Shown: one piece after another, positions 1-52,600 of the stretch
Layout of the letters: each line of letters begins with the position of its first letter
How positions within the stretch are numbered: the stretch's first letter is position 1
NCBI RefSeq assembly: GCF_009914755.1
Contig: NC_060925.1
Source of the DNA: the human T2T-CHM13v2.0 reference genome, Homo sapiens
DNA: 64,000 bases
Strand: one strand, 5' to 3'
Position numbers and translations under genes: made by a program
The notes under the pieces: model-generated
Database searches by the model: none
Told to the model about the DNA's origin: nothing
Seen by the model: only the letters and a program-made list of their open reading frames with translations

Positions 1-3000
1 CAAGCAGGAATACCAAGCAAAAAAATACGCAGTAACAATGAGATGTGTACATCCTCTTCATTCAATACATCTTTTAGAATCTCCAACAGCAATGCAAGCA
101 TTGATTACTTTTCTTTACCTAAGAATTTGACCAAACAAGGTTATATTCTTTGTATAACCTCTGTGCTCTAAATATAATCCTTAATTTCTCCTCTGAATAT
201 AATCCTTAATTTCTCTTTATGTAATTGGCTGCATAGGCTAAATTTAAATTGTTTTAGGATTTTTCTCAAGATCATAGATTTATGATCATACACAGCAAGT
301 TGAAACATGAGTAAACAAAACATAAGCACTCTCTCTACAAAAACCTTCTTTTTCTCATCTTCCACACATCTTAATCCTATTACATCTATCTTATTAATGC
401 TACTTCCAAAGAGAAAGAGCAGAAAGCATGCTAAGATTATAGGGAAAAGGTATCTTAAGTAAAAACAATTTTAGAGGAAATAAGGAGGGGATTCCCTCTA
501 CCCTCAAAACAAACAAACAAACAAAAAACCCCACATTAGAGAAATGTGGAAAAGGGTAGGATATAAGGAAGAACTGTCTAGTTTCTAGAAGTCGTTTAGA
601 AAATTATTCTCACATTATCCATTATTCACTCTAACAGCAAGTAGCATTTACTATAACACTACTTAAAGTTTTAGAAATGCTACTTGTAGAATACATTTCT
701 AGGCATTTTAAATTTGGCACTGAATCTTAGAATATCCAAATACAACCTTCTTTAAAGTCCTAATTTTTCCTGAGTTGATCAACTCATTATATATTGGTTG
801 GGATGTTGCTGCTCCTAATGAGAAACTCATCTCAAACCATCACCTCTTGTTCAGTTTTAGGCAAACTGAAATAAGGTCATTCAGTGCAGGGCTGTGTAGT
901 TATGGTTACTGGTTATTTAAAAGACAGAGAAACAGAGACACAGATGCAGACACACTACTCATTTTATTTTACTTGTCAGATTCCTCTAATAAGCATATAG
1001 AGACAGGCCCAAGAGTGGCTTCACAGTAACTATAAAGGCCACAACAGAGATTTTTAAAATGATATATAAATCATAAAAACAAATATTCACACTAACACTT
1101 AGTGCCAATTTGCCTATATAAACATAAAGCAACCTAAAAAAAAAAAGTTGCCCAACCAGCAGGCAACACAATCATAACACCCATAACCAAAAAAAAATAA
1201 AAATAAAAATCTATTAATCAGTACAATCTAGCCAGCAGAATCAACTCTAAGCAACTACAACACATCGAAAAGGCACAAAGCATTCAATGCAGAAAAGACT
1301 GGGTATAAAAGGACACTGTCAAAGAGCTACTGCTCAAAATCTGACATTTCATCACTGATATATGAGAGTGATATGGTAGGAAGAAAACTCAAGCTTATAA
1401 ACATATTAGTTTAACTGTGTTTTTAATTTGTTTGCAATTATATTGAAAAGCAACCAATGATAATTACTTATTAACCCTTAATTAGCAGTTTAGAGTCACC
1501 CTACAAAGATGCTTTGACACTTTTTAAGGTTGATAGAAAATTATTAGTGTACCTATTTCATGACCTGCCATCGCCTAAAAGGAAGTCACCTAATAAAGCA
1601 CCAATTTAAAACCATATTTTTGCTACTCCTATTCTCCCAGCAATAAATGCCTTAATTACTTAAATGTATGCAAAGACTACTATCTTTACAGTTGGTTAAA
1701 TCTTGCTGGCATAAGGACCAACCCCTAACCTTAAATGGGATTTTAGGCTGCAAAAAAAATAGGTTGGGTTTCTTACAAAAATAACCTCAACTTGACTTAA
1801 AAAAATTCGAAGGCAAAAATTATTTTGATAGTGTAGTGTAAAAAATAGGCTTATTTAGCATTTAGTAGTGTTCTCTAAAAAACATAACATTGTATTAATT
1901 AAACTAAGGAAAACAGTATTCTCACTTATAATTGGTTTGTCAGTATGACTATTCCCAGAGTATTTTCTTTTGCTCCTATTTTTATACATATAAACACAAT
2001 AATCAATCTCAGTATTCAAACTAACAACTTTTTTTTTTTAAAAAAATCCATTATTCTAGGACTTCAACTGTGCTTCTTTGGACAAATAGTTATTCAAGCA
2101 AGAAAGAATTTAAAGTCTTTTAAACTATTTAATACCTACTAAAAATCTTTGGTGCATTTAAGTCAAAACCCATTAGATTAACACATTCCTGCACTTGATA
2201 AATTATTCAATTTACAGATTAAGTGCTAACTGCTATCTGCTAAAAAATTAATTTAAAACAATAAATTATGCTCACAAAATAAAAAAATTCTGAATGAGGC
2301 TAAACTTAGTTGCAAGATTCAAAATTTTAAGTACAGTTACAAAATAAATGGATTAGAGTTATAGAGCATTTGTCCAAAATACTCTAAATCAAATATTACA
2401 AAAGGTCAACTGAAAAGAATAGGCCTCCTTTTATACTTTTTGTGCCAACTTTTGTCAAAAGCCTATATACATTCAGTTTGCCCAAATCCATGAGGTTTTC
2501 ACAATTGTAAAATTTCTTACATTTTTGGAAATTAGAGGCAGCAGATTAGTTTCATTTTGTTTTTGTTGTTGTTGTTTTCAATCATCCACTGAAACTATTA
2601 CTTCACCAGAATTATATTACGCATCTCCCAGACTAGGTTAAGATTAAATGACAGGATGTAGTACCTGGCACATAGTAAGCATTCATTAATGCTAGCTTTC
2701 TTCTTTCCCTACTAGTAGCTCTGCCACCTACTGACCATGTGAGCTTAAATGAGTCCTTTTATCTTAACCTCAAATTCTTTATAAAGTGGGAATATAGCTT
2801 GTTTTTACTATTTCAGGGCTGGTTATGAGGTTCAAATGAGATAACATATATGAAAGCATTTTATAAAACAGTAAATCACTACTCAAGTTTAAGTTATCTA
2901 CAATAGTAACTAAATACAATTATATTATTATATTTCACTTTACTAAGAGATGTATTCCAAAAAAGTTCTGTGTAAACCAATTCCTACAATTAAATCATAT

Positions 3001-5182
3001 ATTTAAAGCATTAGGACGGACATTATTATTAAAAGAACCCTAAAGTAAATACCTTCAAAAATCAAAGTATTCTTTTCAATGTGAAAATGCAGTATCTTCT
3101 TTTTCTGCCACCAAATGTATAATATACCATATACATACATGTATATAAATATATATATACTATCTGCCTTTTTATAAGTCTAAACTTTTCTACATTAGCT
3201 TATATGTAAGGCAGGCTACATTTTTATGTATGATTTCTTTCATTATAGTAAGATTTTTAGTTATAATATTGCCAGTCTTTATGATGAAAATCATAAAGAT
3301 ATGTATTTTTAAAAGTCAATTTGAAAGACTAACAGACTAACAGTACCTCATATAGTCAACCTCAATCATGTAAGTACCCCAGATATAACATTTCCACACA
3401 AAGAAATAAGAATACTTTAAAAAGGAGAACATAGTAAGTATGTCCACTAGTCTTAAGACAATTACAACCAAACCTTGACAAATGAGGCTAAACTCAGATT
3501 GGTTTTATTATTTATATGAGCTACTTTGGTTAACTGCCTCAGTTTTCAATATTTCTTTTGTTTTACCTCCGCTAGTATGGCGAATGTTGCTGTAAAGTAC
3601 CTTTATTTCTTAAGTGCTTCAGCGACAGTTTCCGCCATTACTAATTGATTAAACTTTATTCATTAAAACTTCACTGTTTTATTTGTGATTTTTTTTTTCA
3701 CAAGGGCTGGGCTAGACTTTACAGTTTACACACACAAAAAAAGTGCTTAAAGCAATTAGGAGTGTAAACAAAACTGAAATAGAAAACTTTTAAAACTGCT
3801 ATTTTCTACTAGTTTATGTACAAATGACATGCTAATAATAAATCAACCCTGTCTAGTCTAATCTTCAAGCAACTCTACTAGGAAACATTATCTTAGTTTT
3901 TAGTTAAAATTGACTTGAAAATATGGAAAGTGCATGTCTTTAAAGGTATTTTATAATTTTGACTTTTTCCTCAATTGTAATCACTGAGGTTTTGCTGTAA
4001 CTGCTATTTCCTTTCACCAAGTCCTCAACTTTTGTCTCATACAGAAATAAAAATTAAAGGTTAATTACAGACATTAGGCTTTTGTGAAGGCAAAATTAAA
4101 GATCTGGATTGCATGTAAATCTGTATATAAGTAGTGGTTCCATTTAATTAAACAATGTTAAGTTAAATTAGGCACAAATTTCATAATCTGTTTGGCACCT
4201 TTTCTAACAATTGAACACAAAATATCTAGGTTCTGTTTCCCAGAGTTTCTATCAGCCAAGTAAATGAAATCAAAAGTAGCATGTTTAATTAAATTTCATT
4301 GAGTTACAACTGCTCTTTTCTTAGTGAGATGAAGACATATGCTATGTTGTATTGTCAACATTTCTGAAATAAATAGTAAAGTACAAAAGGTGAACTTACC
4401 TTGAAAAACATCTAGTTAAAACTCTCATATTTTTCTTGTAACACATTTTCAGTTTGTATAATTTAATGCCCAGACCTATGTTTGCCTTTCTTATTCATAA
4501 CAATTGAAGTATAGGCAAAAACCAATTATCTGGATTATTATTTCAGTCCTACAAATAATAGCTAATCTTACATTAGTTAAGCTTTCTGGCTTTGAGTATA
4601 TCAAAAGTCCAAAGGATAATGATAACCTAAAATTATGTATGAATGGAAAGACAACACAGAAATATCCAAGGCATTCTTGTAAATTCAAATTCCTAATTTC
4701 AATTTTAAAAATTTGTATAACGTAATATTGAATCTTAGGATAAGAAACAGTTGCAATTATCAGTGTACTCTTAATTCCTTCTTAAAGGCTACATGGTCCT
4801 CAAACTTGTTTGTAAGAAGGGCTAGGAAGAAGAAGGAGAGGAATGAGACTAAAGAAGAATAAAAATTTCCACTGATGATTAAAAAAAATACTTCCATAAT
4901 ATCAGCAGCTAATAATTGCAAAAAATTTAAGAAACCATTAAAAGTTAGCACTAAATAATCTTTAAAAATCACAAAAATGTGCACTTCAAATATTATGCCA
5001 GAAATTTTGTCCAAATATTCATGTTCAGTAAACAGAGACACATAGTTTTCTTGATTTGAAACTGTTCTGAGGACTTGAGAAACTAGAGAAAACAAGAAAA
5101 TAGCAGCCCCACAAATTTAAAAGCTATCATCTCTACCATTAGCATATAACCATCCAAAAATCTGTGGAATGTTTAGATTTAC
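1..5182 (-). other. ZBTB41: ZBTB41 long 3'UTR (probably continues beyond the window start; several AATAAA/ATTAAA candidates)
   Basis: Follows the stop codon; AT-rich, nearly repeat-free, with multiple miRNA seed matches. The true 3' end cannot be fixed from sequence. Confidence 0.75.
2620..2885 (+). mobile_element. L2 3' end fragment plus MIR within the 3'UTR
   Basis: CCTGGCACATAGTAAGCATTCA (L2/MIR tail); CTCTGCCACCTACTGACCATGTG...GAGGTTCAAATGAGATAA (MIR core). Confidence 0.65.
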
Positions 5183-46317
<41,135 letters not shown>

Positions 46318-46380
46318 TGCAGTACAGCAATTTCAGAACAAGAAACTTCATAAGTGTCTTAAGTGATTTATAAAGGAAAA

Positions 46381-46431
46381 CTAGATTGTCTTGGATAACA
46401 GCTTCTGAAGGGGCGTGCCCAAGGGTTTCAT
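46381..46431 (-). other. uORF1, 16 aa (MKPLGTPLQKLLSKTI*)
   Basis: ACCATGA 3 nt into exon 2; TAG at 46383-46381. Confidence 0.65.
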
Positions 46432-46559
46432 GGTCTGCAAAAGAGTGAGAACCACGTAAAATAACTCCATGGCAAAGCAATGCTAAATCAGCCAACGGCA
46501 ATCATCAACGAATTCTTTCTAATTATAACTGAATGATGATAAAATCACAGCTTACACTC

Positions 46560-47650
46560 ATTCGTGGCAAAGATTTTGGGGCGGAGAACAAGGAGGGCCG
46601 GGTTTAGAAAAGGCAGCCAACAAAAGAATAATTTTAAAGGAACCCAGGCACACCTTCCAGGCCTGATTCACGAACAGGGTGAAAATACCCGGGCAGAAAG
46701 GGGAGAGATCTTCCAAGATCGTTGACGGTGCGGGTTGAGGAGGCTGAAGTCGTGGTTTAGGGGTGCTGGGATGGTGACAATAAGGCCGTGGCGGCCGCGA
46801 GATCCGAGTCTCTCCATTAACATGCTTTCCTCGGGCGGGCAAGGCACAGCTCTTCAGGAATAGAGAGCGTCCCTCAGCCAAAGCCACCCGGTGAGAGACG
46901 GCCCCAGGAGGGGCGCAGAGCAGAAGTGGGGTCAACCAGAGGGACGACTAAAGGAAGCAGAAGAGCTTTCCCAGGCCCGGGCAAGGCGGAGAATGCGCTT
47001 GTAGTCGGCGATCCCGCTACCCTTCCCACCCAGTTTCCCTGGGAAAACGCCCCACAGATCCATTACCGGGAACCCAAGGCTCCCCCGCTGGCTCCCAGCA
47101 GCTGAGCTCCACTCTGGGCGCGCTCGCTCCTGCGCCTACCCACTTCCGGGTTCAGCCCCCCACCTCACCACCCCCTCCCCTCCCTCCGCTCCTTCCCCTC
47201 CCAGAGCTCCGCCGCCTCCGCAGCCAACGAACACGTCAACCGCTCGCGCAGCCTCCAAGCCCTCCTGAGAGAGACCGGCGCGCGACCCTGCGCGAACGAG
47301 TGCGCATGTGCGCGCACGCCGCTTTACGCATGCTCCTTAAGTTCCCCGTACTCCCTCGGAGACCCTAGCTACACGCCGAATCCGTTACTCCGGGTTTTCG
47401 CAGTGGCTCGGTGGCCTACCCCGATCGAAACCGTGAGGCTTTTGCTGAGGGAGGGCAATGGGAGAGGGGAGGATGGACGCAGAGTTTAGAAGTAGTTTGC
47501 CGAGGTGCAGTCGCACGAATGGATTTCATCCTCACTGGTGTATTTAATAGTTTGTAATCTACCAAACAGCAACTGCCAGAAGCCAGTCCCAGCTAACCTA
47601 CTGGCGTGCACGAAAGAACCCAGCGATGCTGATCTCGTTTCGTTATTTTT
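46560..47650. promoter_or_regulatory. CpG island / ZBTB41 promoter (TATA-less), NRF1-like, ETS/GABP and CRE-half motifs
   Basis: Only CpG-dense region in the window; TGCGCATGTGCGCGCA 47301-47316, ACTTCCGG 47142-47149, TGACGT (minus) ~47233-47238. Confidence 0.9.
47169..47240 (-). other. ZBTB41: ZBTB41 non-coding exon 1 (TSS approximate)
   Basis: Inside the CpG island, just downstream of NRF1-like sites; donor GGGGTG|GTGAGG after 47169; possible alternative donors GTAGGC (47139) and GTAATG (47066). Confidence 0.65.
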
Positions 47651-48807
47651 CTGACTTAAACGGTTAAATCTAAACGCGATTACTAAGAAAAAAAATTTTA
47701 TACCTATCATTGTACACAGAAAAAAAATAGAAAAATGTTTATATAAGCGTAAAGCTGGTAGGACAGGAAAGGAAGCCGAAACAAAAAGTAAAGAAAAATC
47801 CACAAGGACAACTTTTGGAGCTAGTGCCTGAGATTTTGGATTTCTGAGTCCCAGGAGGTGCTGATATCATTTATCTGCGGACTCGTATTATGAAGCGCAA
47901 GGTCCTAGAGCGTGTGATTTTACAGGCATAAGGAATATAAGATGAAGGCTGAGACAAAATAGGATGGGTGGCCTAATTTTCTTCCCCCACCCTCTCGTCC
48001 CTCCCATACACATACAACCTGACAACTAAAAGGGCCGCACTCCATGGAAGAACTCCTGCAGAGTTGGACTCCCCACCGGCAAACAGGAGGAGGCTATGAA
48101 GAAACTTGCCTGTCTCCGATTTTCTTGGGAATTGAAAAAATAAAATTTTTAAGCCTTTCATGAAAATTCCTAGCAAAAACTCACATTCACATGGATTTGC
48201 ACAAAGATTCATATCACCTGTGAGACTCATCCCACAAAAACTAGCCACACTGAAAAGAGAGAAAAATGTAAAACCAAGATAGAAAAAGGATGGTAGTCTG
48301 CAGATATTGCAATTATCAGAAACAAGTATATTTAAAGAAATGAAGGGAAATGAAAAAATTATCAAAAATAACTAAGCAGATTAAAAGAATAATTTAGAAG
48401 TGAAAGCTATCATTATCTTAGTACTTAGAACGTTGATGGAAATGTGTTTTTATTAAAACAGAAGGGCTGATCCAAGATAGAAAAATATAAATCCAAAGAA
48501 ATAGAAAAAATTCTGATAAGAGCAAATAATGAAATAGTGAAATATACAATAAAGAGAACCAATAGACCAAAAATTTGGGTGTTGGGATATGTAAAAGGTT
48601 TAGAAACTTTTGGAAAGATTTGATATTGCCAGTTTTACCCAACTCTTCAAAAAATTTAAAATGGGTGGCAGGGGCAGGTCACATCTCATGAGACAAGCAT
48701 AATGATTATACCCAAACTTGAAAATACGTTGCAGGAAATGAACATTATAGGTCAAACTCATAAAATTAGGTGCAAAAATCGTAGACCTACAAGTGATGTC
48801 TTTGTGG

Positions 48808-48860
48808 TGTGTGTGTGTGTGTGTGTCTGTGTGTGTGTGTGTGACGGAGAGAGAGAGAGA
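48808..48860 (+). repeat. (TG)n followed by (GA)n microsatellite
   Basis: Direct inspection. Confidence 0.9.
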
Positions 48861-49112
48861 TACAACTGAATTGGATTTAATAAAGGAATGAAAGATTTAG
48901 TTAGCATTTAAAAATAAACGTGTAATTCTTCGTATTAACAGAATGAAAGATGAAAACCATTGATCATCTCAATAGATGCAGAAAAATATTTGATAAATTT
49001 AACACATGATTTTTTAAAAATCTCAAGCAAGGATTAGAAAATGGCTTAATATAAATAGAAGCTACTGAAAAATTTTTAAATGGAGCAAATATCACACTTA
49101 ATGAAAGATTGA

Positions 49113-49472
<360 letters not shown>

Positions 49473-49639
49473 TGACATTTTAATAGAGGCCTTACCTAGG
49501 AGAAATAAGCATAAGTAAGAAATAGAATGTATAAGTTTTGGAAAGGAAGACTAAAATTAATCATTATATGTTTTAAGTATGTTGGTGCCATATTTAGATA
49601 TTTAGAAAAAATGGTTTTAAATCCTATGGATTAATTACT

Positions 49640-52600
49640 TTTGACTTTTTAATTTCAATATGTTTAGGGGAACAGGTGGTATTTGGTTACGTGAATAAGT
49701 TCTTTAGTGGTGATTTCTGAGATTTTGGTGCACCCATCATCCAAGTAGTACACACTATACCTAATGTGTAGCCTTTTATCCCTCACCCCCCTCCCACCCT
49801 TTCCCTGAATCCCCAGAGTCCATTGTATTATTCTTATGCCTTTGCATCCTCATAGTTTAGCTCCCACTTATGAGTGAGAACATATGATATTTGGTTTTCC
49901 ATTCCTGAGTTACTTCACTTAGAATAATAGTCTCCAATCCATGTTGCTGTGAATGCCATTATTTTGTTCCTTTTTATAGCTGAGTAGTAATCCATAATAT
50001 ATATGTATACTACAATTTCTTTATCTGCTCATTGATTGATGGGCACTTGGGCTGGTTCCATATTTTTGCAATTGCAAATTGTGCTGCTACAAGCCTGCGT
50101 GTGCAAATATATTTTTCGTATAATGACTTCTTTTCCTCTGGGTAGATCCCCAGGAGTGGGATTGCTGGATTAACTGGTAGTTCTTTAAGGAATCTCCTCC
50201 GCTTTTCCATAGCGGTTGTACTAGTTCACATTCCCACCAGTAGTGTAAAAGTGTTCCCTTTTCACCATGTCCCAGCCAACATCTATTATTTTTTGATTTT
50301 TTTATTATGGCCATTCTTGCAGGATTAAGGTGGTATCACATTGTGCTTTTGATTTTTATTTCCCTGATCATTAGTGATGTTGAGCATTTTTTCATATGTT
50401 TGTTGGCCATTTGTATATCTTCTTTTGAGGATTATCTATTCATGTCTGTAGCCCACTTTTTGATGGAATTTTTTTTCTTACCAATTTGTTTGAGTTCCTT
50501 GTAGATTCTGGATATTAGTCCTTCATCAGATGTAGAGATTTCGAAGATTTTCTCCCACTCTGCGGGTTGTCTGTATACTCTGCTGATTGTTTCTTTTGCT
50601 GTGCAGAAAATTGTAGTTTAATTAAACCCCATCTATTTATCTTTGTTTTTGTTGCATTTGCTTTTGGGTTCTTGGTCATGAAGTCTTTGCCTAAGCCAAT
50701 GTCTATAAGAGTTTTTCCAATGTTATCTTCTAGAATTTTTATGGTTTCACGTCTTAGATTTAAGTCTTTGATCCATCTTGAGTTAATTTTTTTATAAGGT
50801 GAGAGATGAGGATCACCTCCTTGGTTAGGTGTATTCCTAAGAATTTTATTTTATTTTTTTGCAGCTATTGTAAAAGGGTTTGAGTTACTGATTTGATTCT
50901 CAGCTTGGACGCTGTTGGTGTATAGCAAAGCTACTGATTTGTGTACATTAATTTTATATCCTAAAACTTTGCTTAATTCATTTATCAATTCTAGGAGCTT
51001 TTTGGAGTAATGTGTAGGGTTTTCTAGGTATCATATCATCAGCAAGCAGCAACAGTTTGACTTCTTCACTGATTTGGATGTCCTTTATTTCTCGTCTGAT
51101 TGTTCTGGCTCAGACTTCCAGTACTGTGTTGAATAGAAGTGGTGAGAGTGGGCATCGTTATTTTGTTCCAGTTCTCAGGGGGAATGCTTTCAACTTTTCC
51201 CCATTCAATATAATGTTGGCTGTGAATTTGTCATAGACAGCTTTTATTATGTTAAGGTATGTCCCTTCTATGCCGATTTTGCTGAAGGTTTCAATCATAA
51301 AGGGATGCTGGATTTTGTAAAATGCATTTTCTGTGTCTATTAAGATGATCATGTGACTTTTGTTTTGAATTCTGTTTATGTGGTGTATCACATTTATTGA
51401 CTTGCGTATGTTAAACCATCCCTGCATCTCTGGTATGAAACCCATTGGATCATGGTGGATTATCTTTTCCATATGCTGTTGGATTTGGTTAACTAGTATT
51501 TTGTTGAGGATTTTTGCATCTGTTTTCATCAGGGATATTGATCTGTAGTGTTCTTTTTCTGTTATATCCTTTCCTGGTTTTGGTATTAGGGTGATACTGG
51601 CTTCATAGAATTATTTAGGGAGGATTCCCTCTTTCTCTGTCTTGTGGAATAATGTCAATAGGATTGGTACCAATTTCTCATTCAATGTCTGATAGAATTC
51701 AGCTGCGAATCCATCTGGTCCTGGACTTTTTTTTTTTTTTTGTAGGCAGTTTTTAAATTACCGTTTCAATTTCACTACTTGTTATTGGTCCCTTCAGAGT
51801 TTCTAATTCTTCCTGGTTTTAACTGGGAGGGTTGTACATTTCCAGGTATTTATCCATCTCCTCTAGGTTTTCTAGTTTATGCACATAAAGATGTACACAG
51901 TAGCCTTCAATGATCTTTTGTATTTCTGTGGTATCAGCTGTAATATCTCCCATTTCATTTCTAATTGTGCTTAATTTGATCTTCTCCTTTTTCTTGTTTA
52001 ACCTCCTCACTAGTGGTCTATCAATTTTATTCATCTTTTCAAAGAACCAGCTTTTTGTTTTATTTATCTTTTGTATTTTTTTGTTTCAATATCATTTAGT
52101 TCTGCTCTGATCTTTGTTACTTCTTTTCTTCTGCTGGGTTTAGGTTTGGTTTGTTCTTGTTTCTTTAGTTCCTTGAGATGTGACCATAGATTGTCTATTT
52201 GTGCTCTTTCAGACTTTTTGATGTAGGCATTTAAGGCTATGAACTTTCCTTTTAGCACTGCTTTTGCTGTATCCCAGAGGTTTTGATAGGTTGTGTCACT
52301 GTTATTGTTCAGTTCAGAGAATTTTTAAATTTCTATCTTGATTTCATTGTTGACCCAATGATCATTCAGGAGCAAGTTATTTAATTTCCATGGTTTTGAG
52401 GGTTTCTTTTGGAGTTGATTTCTAATTTTATTTCACTGTGATCTGAAAGAGTACTTTTATAATTTCAGTTTTCTTAAATTTATTGAGACTCATTTTGTGG
52501 CCTATCATATGGTCTGTCTTGGAGAATGTACCATGTGCTGATGATATATTCTGTAGTTGTTGGGTAGAATGTTCTGTAAATATCTTTTAAGTCCATTTGT

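Noticed and set aside
46318-46431. uORF1 ATG is in frame with the main CDS (possible 38-aa N-terminal extension)
   Set aside because: Three in-frame stops (TAG, TGA, TGA) intervene
46558-46935. 125-aa ORF in intron 1
   Set aside because: Non-ATG start in GC-rich island sequence where stops are scarce; no recognisable domain
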